Assembly: GCA_951406725.2 (NCBI GenBank) | Contig: OX597814.1 | Coordinates: 148,118,001-148,182,000 of the forward strand | Origin: Octopus vulgaris | Lineage: Eukaryota | Direction: 5' to 3' | DNA: 64,000 nucleotides | In this document: positions 53,330-64,000 of the stretch, in pieces | Position numbering within the stretch: the first letter of the stretch is position 1 | Layout: every line of letters starts with the position of its first letter | The notes under the pieces: generated by a model | Told to the model about the DNA's origin: nothing | Seen by the model: the letters and a program-made list of their open reading frames with translations, nothing else | Databases searched by the model: none | Translations under genes and position numbers: made by a program

Positions 53330-55430
53330 TCCTCTTCAGGGAGCCTTCATTCCTTAAAAAATTGGAAGAAAATCACTACGCAAAATTGCAAATAGGAAGT
53401 AAATATACTTTTTAATTTAGAGAAAGACAAATAGAGGGTTCCAAATTCAAGAAGAAAAAATAAAACAATAACTAAATTGGAAGCAAAACGTCAGAACAGA
53501 AAATACTCTGGAAGCAGCAGGACTGCTTAAGTTTATCAGCTCAGCAAATGCATGCAGGCTAAACATCTTCGAAGAATGTGAGCGCTTCTTCTAGAAAAAG
53601 GGAAAGGTTGTATATTTGTACAGAATATATACTTTGCATTATTAAAAAGAAAACAAATGATAATACCTTACTTAATGTATTAAGGAAGAGAACCAGCATG
53701 AAAGGTATAATATTAATAAAAATTTAAAACCCCTTGAAACAGAAGTAATCTTTAAGCTTATCAGTAAAAGTATGCAAGATAAAATGTTTGAAAAAAAGTA
53801 AGCGAGTTTTCTACAAGAAAAAAGGGTATTTGAATTTTATAAAATAATAGCGTTTCGCAAATACGTAAACAACATAAAAGTAAAATGTAACACGAAATAC
53901 CTAGAGGCATTAGCAGAAATTCAAACATAGTTGGATAGAATATGAACCAATAAGGAAAAAAAATAACATTCACAAGTAAAATACAAACTGGCTCTGAGTG
54001 ACAAACGAAAGAAGAAATATCGAAAATAATACATCCTGCATCCGTTATTGTATATACTTTTGCCTCAAATATAGTTGAACTATGATTTTGCCAGCATCTT
54101 AGGATGTACAGCGGAAACACATAACGAAGAGGAAACTAAGCACGAATGGGCATCATATTGGTAATTACAGCCGAAATTAAGGTTAATTCCTTAGCACGCT
54201 CAAAATTGCACGGACATAAACCGCTTGATAACAGCAGACAAGTATCTAAAGTGTCTAGTGTAAAATGGCCGTAAATATCAGCGAATGGCGAACAAGATTA
54301 TAGAAGACAGTAAACAGAGGAAAGTAAATCTTAGCATGGCGCTGGGTTGATTACCAAAACACAGAAGGCACTGGACACTCTTCACATAAAATCTCCTCAA
54401 AATACTAACAAAATACATAAATCATTCAAATGGAGACAACAGTGATATTAGTGTAATCCAAACAGGTAGCAAAAACTAGTACCCAGCCCATGAAAGGACA
54501 CTTTCAAGGAGACATATTTTGCACGCTGCTGTTCTGTATAACGCTCAATGAAATCACTAATTGACAGAGACACTACATAAAATTCATCTCTATATAAATG
54601 AGAAAATTTATTTATAGGGACTGTTTGGAAAACCAACTAAAACTTTTGGCATAAATCAAACCGAAACGTAAATTGAGTGGGCGATTAGACGAAAGTACGA
54701 AAGCTACCATAAAATGCAATGAGTTCATTAAAACTGAATTTCAAATTAGAAAGAAAGACTGAAATAAAAATTTTAAAATCGTCACAATCGCCATTGCAAT
54801 TATTTAGCATTAGATGAAGCTAGCACAATATAGGACAGAATACTAAAGGAGTAAATTAGAAAATAACTGTTTAGAAAAGAATAGGGTAAATTAGAATAAA
54901 TTACACAAAAAGAAAATAGTTGGAAAAGAGCTCTGGGAAGCGTCTGGGAAGTGTTAAAGCGAAACTAAGTGGTAAAATTGCGAAAGTAAAAATTAGTGAA
55001 TTAAAGGGTTTGAACAAACATAAAAACAATAGAAGAAAGGCAAAGAAAAGAAACATCCAACTATAATAATGGCACCTGAAAGATAGTATAATGTCTATGG
55101 TACCAGAACAAATATTAATCAACTGCAAAGGAACAATAGTGTGCCTAAAAACATACATAGAGACGAGAGCCAGAAACATGACGATTTTGAAAACATACAG
55201 AAAGTGATATTCAGAAAAAAAAACACCCATAATTCATCTGAAACTATAACTTTTTTTTAAATGCGCTAAATGTAGAAAAGTTCCGATTTTTCCAATGCCC
55301 ACAAATAACTGCATGGATACAATCATAGAAAGGAAGATGCCAATTTCAAGCACAGACTATGATATTAGCATAAAGAGAGAATGAAACTATTGACTACAAC
55401 ACATTTGGCTGCTAAAGCCTAACAGGTTCA
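53330..55430 (+). mobile_element. Heavily decayed R4/Dong LINE
   Basis: Residual motifs NKIIEDSKQRKVNLSMA (RT domain 2-3) and GHFQGDIFCTLLFCITL (RT domain 4) with many disruptions; boundaries approximate. Confidence 0.55.
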
Positions 55431-55512
55431 AATCGGCAGAAAGAAACCAGGATTAATCGTGGTAGAATCATGGCGTTTTCTGTTAATAATAATAATAAAA
55501 ATAATAATAATG

Positions 55513-55576
<64 letters not shown>

Positions 55577-55935
55577 TGATAATAATACTGCTTAATGTAT
55601 TAAGGAAGAGAACCAGCATGAAAGGTATTATATTAATAAAAATTTAAAACCCCTTGAAACAGAAGGAAACTTTAAGCTTATCAGTACAAGTATGCGAGAT
55701 AAAATGTTTGATCACGAAAAAAGTAAGCAAGTTTTCCACAAGAAAAAAGGGTATTTGAATTTTATAAAATAATAGCGTTTCGCAAATACCTAAACAACAT
55801 AAGTGTAAAATGTAACACGAAAGAACTGATTCTACCACGATTAATCCTGGTTTCTTTCGATAAAATCGCTGTTGTGAATAGATAACATCATGGCGTTTTC
55901 TGTTAATAATAATAATAATAAAAATAATAATAATG

Positions 55936-56038
<103 letters not shown>

Positions 56039-56099
56039 TGATAATAATACTCCTTAATGTATTCTACCAGGAATCGGCAGCCATGTTACACTTTGAATA

Positions 56100-57300
56100 T
56101 ATATTTTAAATATTTGGGGAAAATTTTCAAAATATTTTTCTAAAATTAAGGAAAATTTTCAAAAAATTTTTCCAAAATTATTAGGGAAAATTTTCAAAAA
56201 ATTTTTGTGGAAAATTTTCATAAACTTTTTCTAAAATTTTAGGGAAAATTCTCAAAAAATTTTTCAAAAATTTTTGCGGAAAATTTTCAAAAAATTTTTA
56301 TGAAATTTTGGGGAAAATTTCCCAAAAATTTTTGGTTAAATATATGGGGAAAATTTTCAAAAAAATTTTTCTAAAATTTTGGGAAACATTTTCGAAGAAG
56401 TTTTCTAAAATTTTCGGGAAAATTTTCAAAAGATTTTTTTTTAATTTTGAGGGAAAATTGTCATAAATATTTTTCTGAAATTTTTAGGGAAAATTTTGAG
56501 AAAATTTATCAAAAATTTCTGCGGAAAATTTTCTAAAAATTCTTCAAAATGTTTATGGAGAAATTTTCCAAAAATTTTTTCGAAAATCTAGGGGAAATTC
56601 AAAAAAAAATTTTCTAAAACTGTTGGGAAAATTTTCAAAAACTTTTCAAAGTTTTTGGGGTAAATTATCAAAAAATGTTCAAAAATTTTTCAAAGCTATT
56701 TGGGGTAAAATTTTAAAAAATTTTTCTAAAATTTTGAGTAAAATTTTTTAAAAAAATTTTGAAACATTTTGGTGAAAACTTTTCTAAATATCTTTTTAAA
56801 ATTATTAGGGTGTATTATCAAAAAATTTTTGGGGAAAATTTTCAAAAATTTTTCTAAAATTTTGGGGAAGATTTTCAAAAAATTTTTTAAAAATTGGGGG
56901 GAAAATTTTCAAAAGATTTAAAAAAAATTTTTGTGGAAAATTTTCCGAAAATTTTTCAAAAGGTTTTGGGGAAAATTTTCCGAAAATTTTTCAAGAATTT
57001 TTGCGGAAAATTTTCGAAAAATTTTTATAAAATATTGGGGAAAATTTTCAAAAAATTTTTATGAAATTTTGGAGAAAATTTTCAAAAAATCTTGGTTAAA
57101 TATACGGGGAAAATTTTCTAAAAATTCTTCTAAAATTTTGAGCAAAACTTTTCTAAAATTCTGGGGAAAATTTGCAAAAAACTTTTCTAAAATTTTCGGG
57201 AAAATTTTTTTTTAATTTAAAAAAAATTTGGGGGGAAAATTGTCATAAACATTTTTCTAAAATTTTGGGGGTAAATTTTCGAAAGATTTCTACAAATGTT
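56100..57300. repeat. Degenerate AT-rich minisatellite, unit ~30-33 bp (GGGAAAATTTTCAAAAAATTTTTCTAAAATTTT)
   Basis: Recurrent GGAAAATTTTC / AAAAATTTTT / CTAAAATTTT blocks over ~1.2 kb. Confidence 0.85.
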
Positions 57301-58123
57301 CTGGTAATTGATCGTTTTGAGATCTTGTTTGTAATTTTTGGTGATCCATGGTGCAACGAACAACATGGTAAAAATCCCTGCCATAAATTTGGTGTAAATG
57401 GGTAATATCAAATAATTCAATCACAACATATATTTAAATTCAACATGGATAAATTGAAATATTATTTTTCAGTATTTTATAAGGTAAAATCTTAAATTAT
57501 TGACACATTATTACTTATCTTATAACAGCAATGTCTCGAAAAATCATGGATTGCATAGAAAATTGCAAGCATGAAAAATAAGATTCTTAAGATTATAAAC
57601 CTGGAAAAGTACAGGACAAGTTATTACACCTGTAAGAGCATAGGACAAGCTATTACTTCAAATAAAGAATAAGAAACTTTTTACTTAAAATATTGCAGCT
57701 AAAATTAAAATTTGAATATTAAAAATTACTTTTATTATAGTTTTCAAATAAGACTATACATATTTAAGTACATTTTGACTACTTTACTACTTTAAATACA
57801 GAAAATAGTGACAAATTAGAAAAACTTGCAAATTAACTGAACAGTTTTGCGCAATAAAAGATGAGAACTCTAAACAGTGATAAATTAGAAGTGGCATTCT
57901 TTGGTGCAATATTTTAAGTAAAAAGTTTCTTATTCTTTATTTTACTTGAAGTAGTAGTTTGTCCTATACATTTACAGGTTTAATAACTCGTCCCGTACTT
58001 TTCCAGGTTTATAATATTAAGAACATTACTTTTCATGCTTGCATTTTTCCATGTATATATATATACTAGCAGAGATTCAATTGAATAATTATAATTTTCT
58101 GTTATATATATATATATATATGG

Positions 58124-58154
<31 letters not shown>

Positions 58155-58259
58155 TATATATATATGTATATTAATATAAATACATGACAGTACATGAAGT
58201 TTGTTAAAAAAAAGGGGATCATGTATATACCTCCTGGCTGTTGAGATTATAACACCTCG

Positions 58260-61082
58260 TTATAAACAATGTTCCTTGTTTTTCCTTGTTGAGCATATAC
58301 AAAAAGTTTTCTTTTGGTTCCTACTCTTAAGCAGCCAACATACAGTTGCCCATGCAAGAAGCAGGGCTCTTCCTAGAGAAGACCATCTACAGAGAGGGTT
58401 TGACCCTAAGATTTGAGATTTGTTAATGGACATGGCAGAGCTGACGCGATGGAGGAAATGAAGTCTTCTAAATGTAAATTGAATTTCTGCTCCTGATGGA
58501 ATAAGAGGAATTCTTGGAATAAAGACGTCATCACCTTTTCCACATCCAGAAAGAATGATCGCCTCGATAACGTGTGTCATCATTTTCTTTATCACCAGTC
58601 TTGGTGGTTCCAGATTGCGGAGTAGCATTAAAGGAGTTCCAATTTTAAGTGCTAATATGTGTGGAGGTAGTCCAGGAGGCTCCAGTGAATTGAGAAATTC
58701 AGGAAGATAGTTCACAACTTCATTTCTATCTGGAACTGTATAAACAGACTTGTAAGTGTGTATAGTGCCGGGAAGAGAATGCATTAGCTGTTGATTAATT
58801 TTGTTAACAGCGACGTTTTTTGGAGCTAATATTGCTCTTTTCCACAGCCAATTGTGATTTTGGTAGCTTTGTGTGAAGTTGGGAAAGACTTCGTTTTTGA
58901 GGTCATCTACAGAATTAACAACCGAGGAAAATGACCACAATTCCACTTGTCCTGCGACAAGTGTCAAAATGTTCTGTGCAAACTTTGTGGACATTTTGTC
59001 GCCGTGTAGCTGAGCTCTCATGTTAGTGGTGAGACTGAGGATTATAACATGATGTCACAGGGTAGAGACTTTAGGCATGCTTGGACTTCATTTGCTCTGG
59101 TGCCTTTGGAAATGACAGGATGAGTTTGCCTGAAATCACCTGACAACAGAAGCGTTACACCTCCCATTGGGGCCTGAGAGTCTCGGATGTCTTTCAGGGC
59201 TCTATCTAATGCTTCCAAAGCTCCCTTGTGAGCCATAGTGCACTCATCCCAGAAAATTAGATGACACATTTTAAGTACGTGTCCCTTAACTGAGCTTTTG
59301 TTGATGTTGCATGAAGGAATTTTGGATGCTGCTAAAGTGAGAGGGAGTTTAAAAGTTGAGTGTGCTGTCCTGCCACCGGGTAACAAAGTAGCTGCAATGC
59401 CAGAGGAGGCTACAGCTACTGCAATGTCCTGATGCTGCCTAACTTCTGCAAGGAGAAGCTTTGTAATAAATGTTTTTCCTGTCCCTCCAGGAGCATCGAG
59501 GAAGAAGATTCGTCCCTCGCGTTGGCGTACACTGTTAAGAATAGTTCTGTAGGCCTGCAGCTGGTCCGGAAGTAATTTAGGCTCATTTCAACAATGTACT
59601 TTGAAAGCGCTTGAGTGTCGTAGGTTGTTTCACGAATGACAGCAGTGGGAAGGATATTTGACCCTGACCTGAATGCTTGTGGCAGGCCATACGTCCACAA
59701 TTCATTTCCACCCAGTTTAGCAATTCTGTCTTCAATGTCAATGAGTGTTTTGTTATAGATTTCATTGCTGATACCCTCCATATCAGGATAGAATAGTTGA
59801 GCTTGGCGCTGAAAGTCTTCAGCCAGATTGTCTCTATATTTGAGCCATAGAGTGGCCGGATCACACAGTTCGCATGCCTGTAGTAATACTGCAAATAGTG
59901 CCCTGAGACTTTTAGGCGACTGTGATAAAGGAGCCTCTCCTAAATTTGCATCCCATTGTGCACCATCTTCTAAAAGACCTTGTCGATAGCAGGCTTCTCT
60001 GTATGTTGTGCAAACATGTCCATGAACGGTTTTTAGGGCCTGGAAAGACGTTGGCCCTCTGACCTCATGCAGTAGCAGACGAAGGTAGAAGCACTCTTGT
60101 TGAGTGGGATGCACTATTTATACTCGTCCAAGGCAATTGTGGAACTTAATGCCAGGGTATCCATGAACATTTTGACCTGCTTTCCGTGGGGCCCATTTTT
60201 TCCCCATTCCAAGTGTAGTACGATGGAATCTTTGGATACAGCAAGGTTTGAGCGAATGGATCCACTTGACAAAGCTTGAAGAATGCAGTGAGTGTGCTAT
60301 CCCTTGGTTCCTCTGCCAACAGAGAAGCATTAGCATCGGTGAAGTACACTCTTTGACCATTTTCCAGGTGAACTGCAAGCTGTTGAATGGCGGGGTGTCG
60401 TTGGTGAATTGTAAAGCCAAAGATGCGCCAGAAAGCCTCGTTGCTACTTATGTACCGTCCCACCTGATAATGCATCATCTCATCCTGGCAGTATTCTTGT
60501 TGAAGTCCAAACATTGCAGCGGCAGAACCCTTGTTTACATATTTGCAAACGTACTTGATGGATTTAACAGAGTTGCAAAACTCAACGTTGATGTGGGCAT
60601 TGAACGTCTTTGACAGGAGTGGGCAGTATGGAACAATTCATCTATTATCAATATCGTGCTATCCGATAGTTGCTGTGAAACCTCCGTCTTCTGGTTTTCT
60701 GCGTCTGTATGATGGATAGCCATCAGCACCTGTCTGAGTTTCTTGTAGGAACCTCCTTGAAAATCTTTTTGAACATATGCTGTCCTTCAAGCATCGTGAG
60801 TTTATGTTGAATCCACGCCCACATGGACCATGTACCATGTTTGCTTTAACTATTTCGTATAGTTCTTTGTCTAAAGCTAGATCAGGAAGCTCTGCAGAGA
60901 TTATGTTGTCGATGTCATTGGAATTGATCTTCGCTGAGAGCCAAAGCATGATATGAGCATGTGGAAGGCCCCTTTTTTGCCACTCGATTGTGTATATGTC
61001 ACATTGTACGGGCCTAAAGACTTGCCCTTTTTTGTATGAGCTCCATGAGAGAGATTACCTTGAGATGGAAAACTCGGGCGTT
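58260..61082 (-). pseudogene. Helitron RepHel (HUH endonuclease plus PIF1-type helicase), frameshifted
   Basis: ARVFHLK, IEWQKRGLPHAHIMLWL (HUH), MVHGPCG, GYPSYRRR, IKYVCKYVNKG, ECFYLRLLL, FLDAPGGTGKTF (Walker A), GGRTAHSTF, WDECTM, GDFRQ, AILAPKN, AMSINKSQ. Confidence 0.95.
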
Positions 61083-61178
61083 GAGATTCCGGTTCGAATG
61101 TAAGGCAGGTTTGAAAGTGTTCCCAACAGATATTAGTTGTAGTGGTAGAGTGTTTATGCCGAATATGTACGTATGCAT

Positions 61179-61215
<37 letters not shown>

Positions 61216-61237
61216 TGCCTGTATATATGTAAAAAAT

Positions 61238-61346
61238 CCACTGAGAAGGCTTTTGTTGGTCTGAGGCTACAGCAGTAGACACATGCCAAGTCATCACACA
61301 GTGGAACTGAACCCATGACTTTGTTACCACACAGCCACACCTGCCC
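61238..61346 (-). mobile_element. SINE head fragment nested in the Helitron
   Basis: Reverse complement GGCAGGTGTGGCTGTGTGGTAA...GGGTTCAGTTCCACTGTG matches the head of the 2157-2521 family. Confidence 0.65.
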
Positions 61347-64000
61347 CTATGTATGTGTGTGTGCGTATGTGTGTATGGGCAGATATATTATGCATGTATA
61401 TATGTGTATATATATGTGTACATATTACATGTACATCTATATATATACATCTATACATAAAATACAAAATACAAAGTTATATCTTGATATCGCTAGTGAT
61501 AACAATACTCAAAATATATAACAGACTGGAATTGTAGGCCCATCTCTTGCAATTTCGTTTAATTGGATCTTGTCCTCCCTCTTATATAGAAGTGTACGGC
61601 TGCAGCGAAATTCGTTTTTGGACTTTCTTCTATCGAAGGCATTTTAACAAAAATGCATCCGTAAAGACGGTGAAAATATTGTCAATTTCCCCAAATTCAA
61701 TTTTACCCAATTCAATTTTTAAACAATAACCGAAAGGGGGAAGATTCGGTTTACAATTATTTAACAAATGCAACACAACAACATTTCCCTGACGAGGAAC
61801 CAACAAACGTGATTACAATAGTCAAACAGTAATAATAATAACAAACCATTTTAATTTATCCCCATTTCTGTGAAACCACTTATTCAAGTTCAAGTCATTG
61901 ATGCAATTTTATACGAATTGCTAATACACACACACACACATAATAAGGGTGAAAAATTGAATATTAATTTGATTAATATGAATTGAAAACCAGTAGTATA
62001 GCATATAAGACCATAGTGGATCTTCTTCTAGCAACATGGATGACCATTGTTTATGGTTCATCCTTGTTATATAATACTTTCACTTTAATAGTGAAAGTGT
62101 CTGCATTACAAAAGAGAGATGTTTTTGTTTCACTTTTAACACGTAATACTGAAATAGTGGAAAAGATATGATATTGCAGTGGGGTCGCCCTAGGGAAAAG
62201 TTAAGATTTTTTGCCGATGACACTCCCCGGACCTTAAGTAAGGCATGTGTAAAATTTGAGTGAAATTGGTTGTGTAGTTCTCAAGTTTTAGGGAAACAGA
62301 CAGACAGACACACATTCTCAGTTTTATATATATATAGAGATTTACAAAAATATATTACACGTAAAAAAATATCAAACAACACATTAAAGCAAAACCGATG
62401 TTGAATACAAACATAATTGTACACTCCCATCTAAAGGGAAAATGTTCCATTCATTTGAGGCACACAGAAATGTACTTGATGACACAATATTATCTCATAT
62501 AAAACTATTAAAAATAAGATAAGGTTGAAATTATTTGAATATTAATATTTCTTTATGTATTCATTTATTTATGATACTGCTGCAAATATTGTGGATAGTT
62601 TGTTAAGGCCTAATCAAATTGCTTTGAACAAGAACACATCTGACCCGATTAATGCTTCTGATGATTCCTTTCTCGTGAAAGGGACACAATGAGCTTGTTA
62701 GAAGTTCAATTGTATACCAACATACTCGCAGTTTTATGAAGGGTTCGAGGCGATGTGATTGGAGACTGATGAAGCCGAAGCATGCGCTGAATCTATGGCA
62801 TTTTCAATTCTGAATCGTGATGATGTGACGTCGTCGTTTGACCTTTTGTTAATAATTTGTTTCGATATCTCTTTACTTTGATTGAGCTACTATATTTAAC
62901 TACGAATAGAAAAAAAGTGTATTTGTGTAGCCTTTCGATTATTGGTAGACAGATATCTTTAACAAATAAACAAAACAAACCCCTGAAACTTAGACGCTTT
63001 ATACTATAAATGTTACAGGAAAAGTATAATCTACTACGTAATATGTGATAGTCTGGGTATCATTGAGGATAACGTAAGCTTTAATATGCAGAGTATACTA
63101 AAGGCTGGTGATTGCGGTCAGTTATTAAGATTGATGGCAATCCTACCATGGTAAGTTGCCTCCCGGAGATAATTACTGCTGTACAATAGCGTCTTCCATC
63201 ATGTGTCCGTATTGCAAGAAGTATCTCAATAAATATAAAAGCTGATACATATACATATGCAGAACAAAACGTGCTCAACGGAGTTTTGGCAAAGGAGAAT
63301 AAACGATTTTCATCTGCGTTTATCTGCTGTGGAACAGGAAATGTGGTGGACATTTTTAAACTTTTCCTTCTCGGTCTGATAAATTTTGAAGTGAAAGGAG
63401 TTGGTGGCGAAGTGAAAAGTTCAAGTGAATTTTACTGGGAAGTGAGTGAAACTACTATATTATGTTCGGCAGAACGTGTCTTTTTTAATTGTGCGTTTTG
63501 TTAGCTCAGTGAGAAAAGCTCGAAGCAAACACAACGTAGTTGGGCCAACACCCACTAATTATGGATATCATTGATTGACACCATGTGACTGACTTCTCTT
63601 TTCCTGCTTCATTCATATACACGAAAACATATGTATGTATGTGTAAATGTATGTACGTATGTATGTATGTATGTATGTATGTATGTATGTATGTATGTAT
63701 GTATGTATGTATGTATGTGTACATACATACATATATATGTGTATATATGTTTATACGTTCATATTTTGGTCATTTTATATATTGATTTTATTTCTTCATT
63801 CGATGTATCTCTTCCCCAGTTTTTGGTTTCAATATCCTCCTCCTCGTTTATCTTACGGCAAATAAAGACATCATTATTAGAATTGTTATTGTTACTATCT
63901 AAGTAAATACAGGATGGTTTAGTTTAATCATTCAAATCAGTAATACACTGTAGGCGAACGAAATTCTCGTTAAATATACAATACTTACACTGTTTCGTAG

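Larger units (their letters stand above)
58066..62340 (-). mobile_element. Helitron with probable both termini, internally deleted, with nested insertions
   Basis: Minus-strand 5' end A|TCTCTATATATATATAAAACTG..(TGTC)n at 62340; candidate 3' end TCTGCTAG|T at 58066; RepHel coding remnants lie between them. Confidence 0.7.

Noticed and set aside
56931-57215. K/F-rich amphipathic-looking 94-aa ORF
   Set aside because: Translation of the AT-rich minisatellite.
62766-62800. CTGATGA-AGC..GCT-GAAT hammerhead-like motif
   Set aside because: GAAT instead of GAAA, and no UH site followed by a stem I partner.
63081-63353. 90-aa minus-strand ORF and a plus-strand ATG|GTAAGT donor at 63150
   Set aside because: No recognisable homology and weak acceptor context; cannot support a host exon without RNA data.

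Overview
AT-rich animal genomic DNA, dense in microsatellites ((TA)n, (CA)n, (TACA)n, (TAGA)n, (AAT)n, (AAG)n). I found no supportable host protein-coding gene, and most ORFs in the track are microsatellite translations. The repeat content resembles an octopus/cephalopod genome (inference): tRNA-derived SINEs with Meta/Nin-type domains, R4/Dong-clade LINEs in (TAA)n tracts, Penelope-like element (PLE) pieces, a Tx1/L1-like 3' end, two mariners, a tiny MITE and two Helitron remnants. The main find is a set of hammerhead-ribozyme (HHR) motifs. The window opens inside a 360-bp exact tandem repeat whose unit carries a type I HHR (variant core CCGACGA, GUC site, ~125-nt extended stem I), i.e. a candidate non-LTR retrozyme that would yield a 360-nt self-cleaved, possibly circular RNA. 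There is also an intact minimal PLE-type HHR (7167-7201, minus strand), a decayed one in a PLE terminal repeat (52410-52455), two related palindromes made of back-to-back HHR relics (42005, 47774), and a ~190-bp-arm near-perfect palindrome (17667-18061) whose loop looks like half an HHR core. All structures were read by eye and many element boundaries are approximate.
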